A stretch of DNA of 64,000 nt from Eledone cirrhosa (GCA_964016885.1 OZ024745.1:57846001-57910000); one strand, 5' to 3'. Counted from the stretch's first letter, positions 28,561-41,525 are shown. The notes: generated by a model from the sequence alone, not told the origin. Numbers and translations are program-made.

Positions 28561-28911
28561 CAGATATGGCTTCATCACCGAATTTTGAATAACCATTTTC
28601 AAACAGATTACAGTTGAAATGTATAAAGTGAAACGACTGAATGCAAGTGATAATGGATTTGTATGTTACCTACTATTAATGAATTTTAACGCATAGAATA
28701 TGTGACCATTCCAAGCTTCTCCTTTGTTATCATATTTAGTATTAACATACCTTATTTGTATTTCATATTCTGATCCAGCAGTTTCCACCTTTGTAAAATA
28801 AGTCTAAACAATACAGAATATATGTATTATAGTGTACTCTATACGTACAGTGCACGTTTTCTACAAAATATTATGCAAGTAAATCTTACGTTTATATATT
28901 ATAATTTAATT

Positions 28912-29063
28912 GTAAATTATGATAATAATAGTACACACTATAGGAGAGTATAAGCGATACTAGTAGAAAACATTGAATAAAGAAATCATATTATACTATT
29001 AATGTTTTCTACTAGTATCGCTTATACTCTCCTATAGTGTGTACTATTATTATCATAATTTAC
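28912..29063. repeat. Perfect 63 bp inverted repeat with 26 bp spacer
   Basis: 28912-28974 is the exact reverse complement of 29001-29063. Confidence 0.95.
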
Positions 29064-29220
29064 TATTATGCTATATACAAATATTATAATAGTTCCACAT
29101 ATTGCATGTGTCTCACATTATCCAAATATTAAACAAATCTCCGATTCATACAGAATTATTCTACGTTTAGTGTTTTTATTCATCTTTAACATAGGTAAAA
29201 CTTTTCTTTTTCAAACATAC

Positions 29221-30105
29221 ATCAAAATTAATCACATACGCACCATCATGTTGCTGATATCAGACGCAGTAGATTATATACCAATGTGTTACAAAATATT
29301 TTACAATTTTTAATATTTAAAATCCCAAAATCCAAATAGGAAAAAAGACATATGGTAGTAAAATACTTGAGAAGGTTTTGTCTACTATTTCTTTCAGTTT
29401 AAACCAACGATCTCAACCACTATCGTATTATAATTATTGTATATTCGACTACCTCTAGCATATCTTCCCAGTGTTTTGTATGTAATTACTATATTGCACT
29501 ATATTGCGCTAATGCGAATATACGATGTAATTTAATCTTTGCCCTAGGCTTCTATGGCAGATTCTCTCGACTGCGATGTTATATAGCTCTGATGGTGAGA
29601 TTAACTAAGGCACCTCTGTAAATGAATGCGAACACCGATATATATTGCTGAAAGGGCATTACGCATGAAGCATACAACTTTCACATAAGCTTTATCTACG
29701 TGTTTATCAAAATTAATCACATAGGCACCACCATGTTGCTGATATCAGATGCAGTGGATATATACCAATATCTTACAAAATATTTTACAATTTTTAATAT
29801 TTAACATTCCAAAATCCAAATAGGAAAAAGTCATGGTAGTAAGATACTAGAGACGGTCTTTGTCTGCTATTTCTTTCAGTTTAAACCAACGATCGCAACC
29901 ACTATCGTATTATAATTATTGTATATTCGTCTACCTCTAGCATATCTTCCCAGTGTTTTGTATGTAATTACTATAGTGCACTATATTGGGCTAATGCGAA
30001 TATATGATGTAATTTAATCTTTGCCCTAGGCTTCTATGGCAGATTCTCTCAACTGCGATGTGATGAGATTAACTAAGGCACCTCTGTAAATGAATGCGAA
30101 CACCG
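29221..30105. repeat. Tandem duplication (~485 bp period) with an inverted templated insert
   Basis: 29221-29637 matches 29706-30105; the intervening 29636-29698 is the reverse complement of 28457-28519. Confidence 0.9.
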
Positions 30106-31164
30106 TTTTTAAAGATTTTGTGTTCATTCTAGTATCGTGTACGACAAATGTTACATTTGTTTGCAAACGAATAACTAGTACTACACCGATTTGACGATTG
30201 CGAGTCGAACAGAAACTGACTCAGCCTAGTGGGTAACATTTTATATCCATACATCATTGTTCGTGATTTATTTATTTAGTTAGTTATTTAAAGATTAAGG
30301 AAATGGTCTTTTTCTAGGACGACTCTATCTGGTGAAATTGACATTATTTCATTTGGACCTTTTAAGCGCGATGTGAAATTGCGAGAGCAGGAATATTGAA
30401 ATAAAATCTAGGTTTGATTTATAGTTTCGTTTCAAAGGTTAAGTGACAGATCAGGAGATTGAGACGAGCCCTGGAATGCAGAACAGCGAAAGAGGATGGA
30501 GCTATTAAGTGTGTCCACATAAAATATACAACAAAACATTCTAGTTTAGAGAAACGAATGGTTTTCTCAAGTAGTATAAACAAGAAATAATAGTTGGCCA
30601 TGCAAATCTTTCTCTATACAATAAATAACGTCCTTTCGTACTTAATTTAGAATGTGCACTTCTTTACACAATTATCACGTATGACGCAAAAATCAGATCC
30701 GTCCACCTCGTTTTATATAATTATCAAAGGTTATGATATTTTAATCATCAGCTGCAAGGGGTTGAAACATTGAAGAATGTTAAACTGATCCGCGCAAAAT
30801 AAAGTTACCAGGGTTAGGCTCCACTATAATTATATTTTGATAAAATTGAATTGACATCAGTACAGGCAGACTTACTGTATGAAATTAATCAAGCTAAAGT
30901 TATTGAGATACAGGATGTTTTTTTAGAAGCGACTATAATGTCAATTATAAGACGTAACGAATGCAGAAGTTATCGACACATCATGCTAATTACTTCCAGT
31001 TGAGATACGTTGAATGTAGTTTTCTAATGTGTATCTGGCATTAACGTAAAGATAAAAAAAGTACTATTGTCGGAAAGTTAAATACAGTAGGCAGATCCCA
31101 GAAATATGATCTGAAACTCGATAATTTGAAACATAAATGAATATCTATCGTACTACATATCTTT

Positions 31165-31203
<39 letters not shown>

Positions 31204-31207
31204 ATAG

Positions 31208-31238
<31 letters not shown>

Positions 31239-31267
31239 AGTAGTAACACGGCGGTTAGTTCACCATA

Positions 31268-31308
31268 CCGAGAACAATTGTTTCACCTTATGCGGATCTT
31301 CAGCTCGG
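31268..31308 (-). ncRNA. Minimal type I hammerhead
   Basis: CCGAG-CTGAAGA-TCCGCATAAGGT-GAAA-CAATTG-TT-CTCGG; palindromic stem III CAATTG. Confidence 0.8.
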
Positions 31309-31461
31309 ACTGGTAATGGTTATACGGAACAGGAAGAACAACCGTTTGAATGCGCAAGCGCAGAAACGGTCGCTTCACCTTAGCGATACAATACCACGAG
31401 CGAAAGATGTAAGGGAGATTACTGCGAATGTCCGGAATAAAATGTTCGAGTTGATTAGAAA

Positions 31462-31850
31462 ATTAGAATGTTGTTGTTATTCAATCCGGTGCCGTAGTTT
31501 ATGAAGCTGTGGTCACTTCCAACCGATCAAATTAACCACAAGCGGTCAAATCATATGTGGGTATGGCGGAGGGCCGATTTAAGAAACGCTTCCTGAACCA
31601 TCGGTTGACCTTTAGCTACCCGGACAAACGATCATCTACAAAGCTCGCGAGCCACGTATGGTCCCTCAAAGACTCAGGTATAGACTACTCCATTCAATGG
31701 AAAGCTATCACTAAGTCCAAGCCATACGCAAGGGGCAATCCATCTTGTGAACTGTGTATAAGGATAAATATTCTAAGGAGATTACGCAATAGCGATTGCC
31801 TAAATTCAAGAAATGAAATCTCACGTTGTCCATATGTCTCGAAACACGTC
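31462..31850 (+). pseudogene. PLE GIY-YIG endonuclease (Naiad-type), disrupted
   Basis: AVVYEAVV...SYVGMAEGRFKKRFLNHRLTF...STKLASHVWSLKD...W...KPY...CELC...LNSRNEISRC; one in-frame stop between the GIY and YIG equivalents. Confidence 0.85.
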
Positions 31851-31964
31851 TTTCTTTTTCTAATCAACTCGAACATTCTATTCCAGACATTCGCCCGTCG
31901 TTTTGTATCACTTGGGTGAAGTGACTATTGGTTGTTCTTCCTGTTCCGTATAACCATTACCAGT

Positions 31965-32005
31965 CCGAGCTGAAAATCCGCATAAGGTGAAACAATTGTT
32001 CTCGG
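31965..32005 (+). ncRNA. Hammerhead copy with mutated core (CTGAAAA)
   Basis: matches 31268-31308 except G8->A. Confidence 0.65.
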
Positions 32006-32156
32006 TATGGTGAACTAACTGCTGTGTTACTACTACCGAACTCGTCCAATGGACTGAGTGCTCTACCACTACGGATATTACCTTCCAGTCTTCTACCTAT
32101 ATATATATATAGTGATGAAACATAAGTCAATTGCATGAACTCATAATCCTTTATTT

Positions 32157-32212
32157 ACTGCTATATATATTTCGATGATAGCCATTGAATGGTTATGACC
32201 TCATCAGGCGGT
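32157..32212 (-). ncRNA. Type I hammerhead in a pLTR fragment (~32111-32280)
   Basis: ACCGC-CTGATGA-GGTCATAACCATT C AATGGCTATCATC-GAAA-TATATA-TA-GCAGT; the ~170 bp context is repeated at 60960-61130. Confidence 0.8.
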
Positions 32213-32782
32213 TAGTCAGTCCTTAGATATGCCAGCTCTGTGTTTATAGTGTTGATAGTATCAAAGTCTTGGGACATATGAGCTTGTTAGGAATAATTTA
32301 ATGTTGTCAGCAGGAATAGTCTTGATTCTCATTGGTCAGTTTGTAGATGGTAGTAGGGTTGGTATTTGACCTCAACGAGGCAGGTTCTTCTGTAAAGTTC
32401 AAACCGACAGGCAAGATGACAATATATCCATATGAGTGATTTTCACAAAAGGCATTCCTGGTTAGATATATATTCAAATAAAGTTAATAGTATGAAATAG
32501 ATACTACAAGTCATTCTTAAATTGAGCAATTTATGTGGAGTGGTGGTACTGAAAATTATGGTTGGAGTAGAAAATTTACAAGATAAATAAAATTTCGTTT
32601 GTGTATAACGAGATTGAAAACACAGTAATTTCATCTATCCACATATTCTTGCTTAGTTTTTCATGATTTTTTCCTGGTACCATACCTATGCATATACACA
32701 CTCGCATATACACACACTCCACTCACATACATACACACACACACTCACACAAACATACGCACACACAGACACCCACACACAA

Positions 32783-32868
<86 letters not shown>

Positions 32869-32884
32869 TTGTGTGTATATATAT

Positions 32885-33045
32885 ATCGCTGGACAGATTT
32901 CACGAGAAAAACCAAGCGGCAGGAGACCAGGGGTAGACCCCGGGGAAGATGGTTGCATAACATCCATAAGCTTGCCTGGTCTGGCTTGGGGATCCAAAAA
33001 ATCTTAACAGTGGAGGTTGCCAATAGCCGAATCCCTACTACACGT
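32885..33045 (+). pseudogene. RTE-type LINE ORF C-terminal fragment
   Basis: KPSGRRP / RGRPRGRWLHNIHKLAWSGLG...EVANSR, typical of RTE 3' ends. Confidence 0.6.
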
Positions 33046-34350
33046 AACAATTTCTTAAAATAATCTCCCCAAATCAACCCAAATACCTGGACACGAGATG
33101 AGTGCGTTTAGGAAGGCTTCATTACTCCGGGCGCATCACGAACAGGCCCATCTGAGCGCATTTCAACACTTATACAATTTTTCTCAAACCACCACTACTG
33201 GAATTTATCTACAGTCCCCGGTCCAAATCTACTCCGTAACAGTGAAGTCAGTTAATCCTCAATAAATTCCTTGCCTACTACTACTCCTTAATAGAGAGCT
33301 AAAGTGGAATTTCCACTAACCTCAATAACAAAAGTTAGGCGCCTGACCACTTTCCAAGTACAAGGCACCCAATCCTGGTCTTCGCTTTACCGACAACTGT
33401 AAGCTCAGTCAAAGGGGCGGGATTGGAGTGAGGATTTTGTATATCCAAAAGCAAGTGATGAGACGATATTTTTGAGAATATTCGTATCTGTTGATTTTGG
33501 TATATCATATCTGTTTTAAACTAAACATGAGTTTGCTTGTAGATAATTTCATTATAACATTTTACCAACAAAACATGGGCAGCTGTTAAGCTATTATAGA
33601 AGATAACCAGAAGTTTGGTACTTTATCAATGCCAGAAGTTATCCATTTGTTTGCTATGTTCTCCGTTTCTATAGTTATGTCTTGCCTAGACTTTCTTTCT
33701 AATTTATTTTATATTTCCTCCATGTTCTTTATCCAATCAGCATTCGGATGATGAGATTTTTCTCTACTCCATACTGTTTTCTAGCATTTATCAATCTCGC
33801 GAATTGAAATAGATTCCTTTACTTGAATTGTCTATGTCCGAATTTCCATGTAAAAGATCTTTTGTATGTAACAAAAACTACTTATTTTGGCGGTAAAACT
33901 AGTTTCGCCATTCAAATCTTTTATATATATTATTTTAGCTTTCAGCTGTACGTTCTGTTTCAGGGCTTCTTATCATTCGTTTTTTCATTTCTTTTTTTGG
34001 GGGGAACTTGACAGATTTGCAAGCATATGTCTCTTTCAATATAGATACATCTTCCTTCATCATTTCAATTTCTTTCTGAATTTTTATCTTCTAAGTTCGT
34101 CTTTTGTGAGTGTTCTCTTCATTTCACTTTTTTTCTTAACATACATTTCCTTTCTATTACCGTTGGTCCATCTATTCAATTAATATTTTAACGGCCGGAT
34201 TTCAATTCTTGTGACTTTTCTTCTAGTTGTTTGTCAATTTTTACGAGGACTCCCTTTCACACATACTAAGTTTTGCTTTGTGTTATATTTTGTTATTTTC
34301 CCAAGATTATTGAGGATTTCTTGTTATATTTGTTCTGTCCGATCTCTATA

Positions 34351-34416
34351 ATTGTTTCTACTTTTGGCACAAGGCCAGCAATTACTCAGTGCATTACTGG
34401 TACTTTATTTTATCGA
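34351..34416 (-). mobile_element. SINE 3' fragment
   Basis: reverse complement of the SINE core and tail. Confidence 0.8.
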
Positions 34417-35650
34417 TTCTCAATCTTTCGTTAAGCCTGACCCTGCTCGGTTATATTTCTGATAGTTTGAAATTTTGTGAAATTTCTTCTGGTAACAAAA
34501 TAGTTTTCTGATGTACACGAGATGCATCTGACGTCGGTGACTAATCCCTCAAAGGCTGAGGTCACAAGATGAAATGAAATCCGGCCCAAGATAAATGTTT
34601 CTTTGCCATTTGGATCCAAGCACTACAAATAACTGTGTGAACCGCAAGGTTGACTATGTTTAAAAATAAAACTCATTTCGTTATATTCAATTTAAATATA
34701 TTGCTCAGCCTAGGAACTTTTCAGCCGACCCTCGTGTGTGAGCGTGTGTTTTGTGTGTGTGTGATACTGGTACATTGTTTGTGACATTTCCTCAATTTGT
34801 GCTTCTGAATGACCGATGGGTACAGTATGATAAGCTTTTTACGCGATCACATGGTCATGAAACTGAAGAAGCGCCTCACAGTTGCAATCCCAGTGAGTTA
34901 TCGCAGTTAGTGAAGGCGCCAGTTACAACATTCTAATCCTCTAAAAGGGTACAGAATTCCCCGATTTCCGATGCAGTTGCCACCATGAAGTCGTCGTTCA
35001 TGGTTGTATAAACAGTTCCACAGCGTCCCTCTTTCAGCGATATTCCATTCTACTCCAATGTATTAGGATTTTGTAACGCCTTAAGACTCGAAATGTAGCT
35101 CACAAAACAAAATATCTATTAATGAATACGTGAATGACACAATATGTGCTGTGATTTGGAGAACACTTACAATTAAGAAGTACCGATGTGACAGGAATTG
35201 TTTTTGCCTTTCTTCACAACACGACGTTAATGGAAACATTCACGTAGATATACTTCCACGGCTATTATGTGACAGGCAGGCAGAAACCTAAAGTGTTGTA
35301 ACCCGTCCTACGCATACGTTATTCCCTGTTTGTAGCTAAATGTTCTTTATGTACATTTTTAAATATAATAGTTTTCTTATATATAACGTGTATTTTATGT
35401 ATTCGTATTCGTATTATGTCCATAATTTAACTATCATTTTAAAAATATGTCTTATGTATAACGTTCTTACCCGACTCCATTTGTTTTTCCATACCTTTCA
35501 CTTAATCCTTACACATATTTGTAAATGTTTCTCTAGTTTTTCATATTTTAATGTTCCGTGTTATTGTATGTATGACGCAAATTTAATGTAATTGCCTGCA
35601 GTAACTAATGTAGAAGAAACAATGTTTATTTATTATTGAATCACCATTGT

Positions 35651-35682
35651 ATTATTATTATCATTGTTATTATCATCATCAC

Positions 35683-35753
<71 letters not shown>

Positions 35754-35754
35754 G

Positions 35755-35788
<34 letters not shown>
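35651..35788. repeat. (ATT)n-(GTT)n microsatellite
   Basis: direct reading. Confidence 0.95.
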
Positions 35789-36009
35789 ATCGATATCTAT
35801 TAACGAACATATGAATGAGCTTTTATAGCATAATACATTCTGCCAATAATGGAAATCTTACTTATTGGAAATCGACGAAACCGTTAATATTATGAGTATT
35901 TGTAATTCTGTGAGTTTATGGAAATAGTCATAAAATTATCGATATGCTATTTAACATAATGAATATATTCAATCAACAATTTAAATGAATTAGTATTCCC
36001 ACATGAAGA

Positions 36010-36390
36010 CTGTTTAATGATATTTCTCTGTGAAGAGAGAAAAACATGAAAAACAGATGTTCATATTTCAGATATCAATGTTTAAATACATCCAAATCCA
36101 TGAGATTTGGATATAGGAAGTGATCAAATATAGAGAATAGTTATTTAGTTATATGCTTCATGAATTGTCTATTATCAGGTGGTGATATTTAAGTACTAAA
36201 ATGATTATACCAATAACAGAACGGTGATGAGAGTACTCATGAATAGAAATTTGGTAATCCAGAGAATAATATCTCATCTTCTATGACTTTACCATATTTC
36301 TGAGATAGAGTGATTTCGAATAATGGAGATTTGGTTGTTAATTCTTACATAATGATCAATCCCTTACAAGTTCTCCAGTTAAACGTCTCA
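36010..36390 (-). pseudogene. Very decayed CR1/L2-like RT fragment
   Basis: minus strand ..ILWITKFL...R.V pattern resembling the L.WI..FL..R.Q.V segment. Confidence 0.3.
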
Positions 36391-37096
36391 TATTAACGAT
36401 AGTGTGTAAGTGTAAATGTGTGTGTGAGTGAGATATATAGAGAGAGAGACAGAGCAAGAGTCAAATACATCATCATTAGCCGTCAATGGTTGTAAATACA
36501 CTTAAAGAGTGTACACCTCTTCATTTTTCGATAATATTGCGCAGATACACAAAAGGAAGAGGTTCGTTTCCGAAAAAAATTTAAGTGGCTAATAGTTGAG
36601 AAAATGAATTAAAAGACAATAGCAATAGAGAAACGTTTCGTGGATTGCCAGTGTCGGTATTGTGTCAGCAATATTCTTTGCTGCATATACAGCCGGTTAT
36701 ATGCGATGTGTGTTCAAACCGACTTTCAATCTTACGGCGTCGAAAAAATAAAATATCAGAAACGCACTGGATTCAAATTAATCGAATCCTCACCCCACTT
36801 CAAATATCTGGCATTGTGCCAAAAATAGAAACAAATAAGCATAACATTTATTTATATAAACATATAAATATCTCCCCACACACCAACACATCTACATAAT
36901 GAACATACATATAGATATATACACATATATATATGGGAGGAGGTTATAGTTCACTTGAAGCATTGTGTAATGAGGTATAAACGTTAGAATATGTGTAATA
37001 AGGCCAAGACAATGCAGATATGGACATAGAAAAATGAATGCAATAGTGAAAGATATTGATGAGAATTCGTCTTTCACCTTGAATTTATTTAAATGT

Positions 37097-37132
37097 CCTT
37101 AATTTTCGAGATAATATCTCTTCTTCGGAGGG
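37097..37132 (-). ncRNA. Minimal hammerhead variant in pLTR (U4C core, extra A before stem II)
   Basis: CCT-CCGAAGA-A-GAGAT ATT ATCTC-GAAAATTA-AGG. Confidence 0.55.
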
Positions 37133-37513
37133 AAGTAAAAGTCTCAGACCAGCGTCTAAATTTCCAATGAAGCCATGCTGACCGGAAATAGTATAGAGTT
37201 CTAACTTTAATATCAAAGAATTAAAATTAGGTGGGTAAAGAGTAGTCTCCCTTTAAGAGGGGTTTGTTTATGTTTTTGTTGTGTTTTTTTAAATTTTATA
37301 TGCGTGCCTGTATATGTGTGTGGGAGAAAGCATGAAGGTGTAGGTATGTGGGTGTGTGTGTGTGAGTGTGGGAAGATAGGTCTAATCGTAAAAGTGGGGG
37401 GTAGGTGTTATATGGTGTTAGAACTGGTTTTGTGTGTGTATGTGTGAGAGAGAATAAGTGGAGGTGTGCGCGTGCGTGTGTGTGGGGTGTGTAAAGTGGG
37501 GCTAGAGGCCCTA

Positions 37514-39052
37514 TCAGGTTATACATTGGGTGTTGAGCTCTAGTCTATTATTGATTGGTGGATGTGTTCTATCTATAATGAGTGCTTCCTTGATTCTAAG
37601 ATTGCCGAGGTTTCTTTCCTTAGTTTCTATCCTAACTGTTATGTTTTTATCAGTGTTTTTGCATTTAACTAGGTGTTTCTTAAATGAGGAAGCGTTAGTA
37701 TTGAGGTGTTCTTTTATTCTTATGTGGAGTGGTCTGGTGGTGCTACCTACGTAGAAGTTGTTGCATTTGTCACACTCTAGTCTGTAAACTACGTAAGCCT
37801 GGTGGCATAGGTCTGTGTCGTTGATGGGGCAGTTGGCTAGTCTGCAGCAGTTGTCATGTCTGGTGGAGTGTCTCTTAGCTAGCCATCCACGCAAAGAAGG
37901 ACCCGAATGGGCCAGTTGAATATCCAGACCTTCTCGTCTGATGGCTCTGCGGATGGCTGTTGTTGTTTCTTCACTGAAGTGTGGGAGCTTCAGGAAGCAA
38001 GTGTTAGTGCCTCGGGTGTGGTGTCCTCTGTTCTTTCTGGCACGGTTTGTGGTGGATGTCGTGTATCCGTTCAGTTTGAGTACTTCCAGGAAATGTGTGG
38101 TGTGTGTGTCTCGGTCTCTGGCGTCGGTGCATTTGTTCTTGATACGTGCCAGTTCGTTCTTTATGTATCCGAACTTGGCACCGAGTGGGAGGGCCGATCT
38201 GAAATGTACGAACAGGTCCCTGCTGGCGGCTTTTTTATAGAAGTAGGTGTGGATGTTGCCTTCCTCTGTTACCCTGAGTTGGAAGTCCAGCAGGGATAGG
38301 GATCCGCGGTCATCGGGGTGTTCTATGCTGAACTTTATACTGGCGTCCATGCTGGAGAATGTTGTGTATATTTTCTCTGCCTCCTCACGGGATGATGTAA
38401 GGATGAGTATGTCATCTACATATCGGGTGAAGAAGGCATGGGAATGGCAGGTGTTGAGGGCTCGGCATTCTAGTTGGTTCATGTAAGTGATGGCCAGCAG
38501 GCCAGAGAGGCTGGATCCCATGGGTAATCCTGTTGTCTGTCTGTATGTGTGGTGGTGGAAGGTGAAGTACGTGTTGTCGACTGTGAAGGACAAAAGTTGG
38601 TGTATGTCCGTCGGGTGGAGGCCGTAGCACTGGATGTTCTCTGCGACCACGCAGTCCGTCAATAAATCGACAGCTGGGTGAGCGGGGACTGTAGTGTAGA
38701 GGGAGACAACGTCGAGGCTAAAAGCGTATTTATTAAGTTTAAGTTGTTCTGGCTGGAGTTGGTGTAATCTACGTATAACTTCGTCGGAGCTACTGACATG
38801 TCCGGGGAAGGTGGAGAGTAGAGGCTTGAGGACCTGGGAGAGAAGCCAGGAAATTTTGTATAGGGGTCCTTCTATGCTAGAGACGATGGGTCTTATATGC
38901 GTCTTAGTGCTATTCTTGTGGGTCTTGATGAGGTGGTAGAAAGTGGGCAGTCTGCTATTTCTAGTGGTGTAGTTGAGTTTAATTTTATTCGGGAGTTGTC
39001 TTCTCCTACAGATATCGAACCAAATGGAGTTGGTCTGTTTTTCGCTCAACAC
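37514..39052 (-). CDS. PLE polyprotein (RT + thumb + Cys linker + GIY-YIG), N-terminally truncated
   Basis: 512 aa without stops: FYHLIKTHK..IRPIVS, SLDVVSLYTTVP, YRQTTGLPMGSSLS, RYVDD, LLDF, VVYRLECDKCNNFYVGST.R.L..RIKEH, LRIKEALII; the first codons derive from the inverted pLTR junction at 39044. Confidence 0.92.
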   Translation of the reverse strand: MLSEKQTNSIWFDICRRRQLPNKIKLNYTTRNSRLPTFYHLIKTHKNSTKTHIRPIVSSIEGPLYKISWLLSQVLKPLLSTFPGHVSSSDEVIRRLHQLQPEQLKLNKYAFSLDVVSLYTTVPAHPAVDLLTDCVVAENIQCYGLHPTDIHQLLSFTVDNTYFTFHHHTYRQTTGLPMGSSLSGLLAITYMNQLECRALNTCHSHAFFTRYVDDILILTSSREEAEKIYTTFSSMDASIKFSIEHPDDRGSLSLLDFQLRVTEEGNIHTYFYKKAASRDLFVHFRSALPLGAKFGYIKNELARIKNKCTDARDRDTHTTHFLEVLKLNGYTTSTTNRARKNRGHHTRGTNTCFLKLPHFSEETTTAIRRAIRREGLDIQLAHSGPSLRGWLAKRHSTRHDNCCRLANCPINDTDLCHQAYVVYRLECDKCNNFYVGSTTRPLHIRIKEHLNTNASSFKKHLVKCKNTDKNITVRIETKERNLGNLRIKEALIIDRTHPPINNRLELNTQCIT

Positions 39053-39449
39053 CCAATTTATAACCTGATAGGGCCTCTAGCCCCACTTTACACACCCCAC
39101 ACACACGCACGCGCACACCTCCACTTATTCTCTCTCACACATACACACACAAAACCAGTTCTAACACCAGATAACACCTACCCCCCACTTTTACGATTAG
39201 ACCTATCTTCCCACACTCACACACACACACCCACATACCTACACCTTCATGCTTTCTCCCACACACATATACAGGCACGCATATAAAATTTAAAAAAACA
39301 CAACAAAAACATAAACAAACCCCTCTTAAAGGGAGACTACTCTTTACCCACCTAATTTTAATTCTTTGATATTAAAGTTAGAACTCTATACTATTTCCGG
39401 TCAGCATGGCTTCATTGGAAATTTAGACGCTGGTCTGAGACTTTTACTT

Positions 39450-39485
39450 CCCTCCGAAGAAGAGATATTATCTCGAAAATTAAGG
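39450..39485 (+). ncRNA. Minimal hammerhead variant, inverted pLTR copy
   Basis: identical to 37097-37132 on the opposite strand. Confidence 0.55.
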
Positions 39486-39603
39486 ACATTTAAATAAATT
39501 CAAGGTGAAAGACGAATTCTCATCAATATCTTTCACTATTGCATTCTTTTTTCTATGTCCATATCTGCATTGTCTTGGCCTTATTACACATATTCTAACG
39601 TTT

Positions 39604-39685
<82 letters not shown>

Positions 39686-39690
<5 letters not shown>

Positions 39691-39887
39691 AACCAGTAAG
39701 ACCCCGACGGCTGAGCCCAAGCCGTTTCGACGGATAATTCTGGACTGTTAGTCCAGAATTAGCGGTCGAAATGGCTTGAGCTCAGCCGTCGGGGTCTTAC
39801 TGGTTCCTATTACCCACTCTACTACCCTAAGTATTGAGTACTTTGGTGCGTTATGGTCCACCTGGTTCCTTACCACATTTCCTTCGT

Positions 39888-39890
<3 letters not shown>
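39686..39890. mobile_element. 125 bp fold-back palindrome plus pLTR-like tail, embedded in (TA)n
   Basis: 39686-39746 vs 39750-39810 near-perfect inverted; GTTTC...GAAA bracket the central hairpin; tail contains GTATTGAGTAC. Confidence 0.7.
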
Positions 39891-39921
<31 letters not shown>

Positions 39922-39963
39922 GAGATAGAGACAGACAGAGAGAGAATAAGAATTGCAGGTATA

Positions 39964-40061
39964 TAGAGTGTCCCAAAAGATGTATCCACACTTAAATAAT
40001 ATTCTAATAAATATTGCCTGTAGAGGTCATCAAAATATGTATACATTTTTTGGGGGACACC

Positions 40062-40066
<5 letters not shown>
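39964..40066. mobile_element. Tc1/mariner-type MITE (~100 bp)
   Basis: TIR-like ends TAGAGTGTCCCAAAAGATGTAT / ATACATTTTTTGGGGGACACCCTTTA in TA context. Confidence 0.6.
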
Positions 40067-40116
<50 letters not shown>

Positions 40117-40287
40117 CTACATAGAGTTATCTACATACCAAACCTAATTAGGAATATAGTTAATCATGTAACATACAGGATTACAAACACATGATAACGG
40201 AGCAATGGAGTAGAATAAGAATTGATGTAAAATTTGTTGATTATATATGAAAGATACATAACGAGATATAAATATGAAATATACTTA

Positions 40288-40552
40288 TAGCGACTAACCC
40301 TGGTTCTTCTGTACGTCGGGCTGATGAGGCCAAGCTCCTCAAATACCGGTCACTCTCAGACAGGTTTGGGGTTGTACTCCTGGCAGTGGAGACTTCTGGT
40401 GTCCTCGGCCATAGGGCTACCTTCCTACTAACCACCATAGGCACTGAGCTGGCCAGCGGCAGGTGTGAACCCTGCGAGTTGGAGTGGCTTTTCCAGCGCG
40501 TCTCCCTTGTCGTCCTCCGTGGGAACGCCTTCTCCATCCTGACCGCTGGGCT
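40288..40552 (+). pseudogene. CRE-clade retrotransposon 3' fragment
   Basis: clear nucleotide similarity to 21115-21395; AVETSGVLG..A..LLTTIG.ELA....EP.ELEWLFQRVSLVVLRGNAFSIL. Confidence 0.85.
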
Positions 40553-40902
40553 GTGTGTGTGTGGGGGGGGGGGCTTCATCGCGTAACATTCCAGATTTAG
40601 GTATCCTGTATTTAATTAATGGCTTTTATATAAGGACCTGTTTCAATTTGCATACACATCAATTCCATATCATTTATTAACATGGTTGCTGATTCTGAAA
40701 GGATAGTGAATGTAAAGTACTTTAAATTGTCCATGCATATATATGAAGGATTCTGACACAGATAATCTGTAAACTACATATATATCGTATATATATAACT
40801 ATTTGCCATGTTTATAGTTTCGAATAAGATTTTACAGTTATTGATTCGGTTAAAGTGTAGCAAAAAGAATGTTTTTGTATACAAGTAAATCATATTATTT
40901 GT

Positions 40903-41082
40903 TGGATTGGCAGTATCGGTAGAGGGTCGGACGCCATGCTTTGACGCATAGTTACGTCCCTTTACGATCTGAGTTCAAATCCCGCCGAGGTTGACTTTGC
41001 CTTTCATCCTTACGGGGTCGATAAAATAAAAGTACCAGTAATGCACTGGGTAATTGCTGGCCTTGTGCCTAAAGTAGAAATA
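40903..41082 (+). mobile_element. Near full-length SINE
   Basis: A-box-like TGGCAGTATCGG, B-box, core and tail; candidate TSD ATTATTTGT. Confidence 0.9.
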
Positions 41083-41487
41083 ATTATTTGTAAATATTAA
41101 CTAAACGAGATATACGCGAATTATAGCGAGATATAGCCTCGATATTAATGTGCATTTTGACACACACACACACTAACACACACATACACACACACACACT
41201 CACACGCACACACGCACACACGCTCACACACATACACACAAATACACACACTATTTTAACGAGCCATCTCAGAATCAAATATTTTCTCTATTCTCTGTTT
41301 TTATTTGCCGTAATTCCTTTTATTGATCAACTAATTATGTAATCCGAACCTGATAATGTGGCCACGATCTTACGAAACCAGGTCATAGAAATATATATAT
41401 TGTTTTTGCAACAATAACTTTAAACGGACATTACTAGTCCAGCCTTCTGTTATTTTAATCAAATTGATTTATACATATATATATATG

Positions 41488-41525
<38 letters not shown>

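Larger units (their letters stand above)
31240..32099 (+). mobile_element. 5'-truncated Naiad-type PLE with inverted pLTR
   Basis: 31240-31462 is the reverse complement of 31856-32033; GIY-YIG between the arms; flanked by microsatellites. Confidence 0.9.
36975..39607 (-). mobile_element. Young 5'-truncated Penelope-like element with 564 bp inverted pLTRs
   Basis: 36975-37538 is the reverse complement of 39044-39607 with only about 3 visible mismatches; encloses the RT+GIY-YIG ORF; right end abuts (TA)n. Confidence 0.95.

Noticed and set aside
34860-34925. Imperfect GC-rich hairpin beginning near CTGAAGA
   Set aside because: No GAAA/UH half and single copy in window; insufficient for an ncRNA call
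37530-39286. Several plus-strand ORFs overlapping the PLE
   Set aside because: Antisense or pLTR read-through frames with no recognisable motifs
41345-41390. CTGATAA...GAAACCAGGTC
   Set aside because: Mutated core and no stem I complementarity
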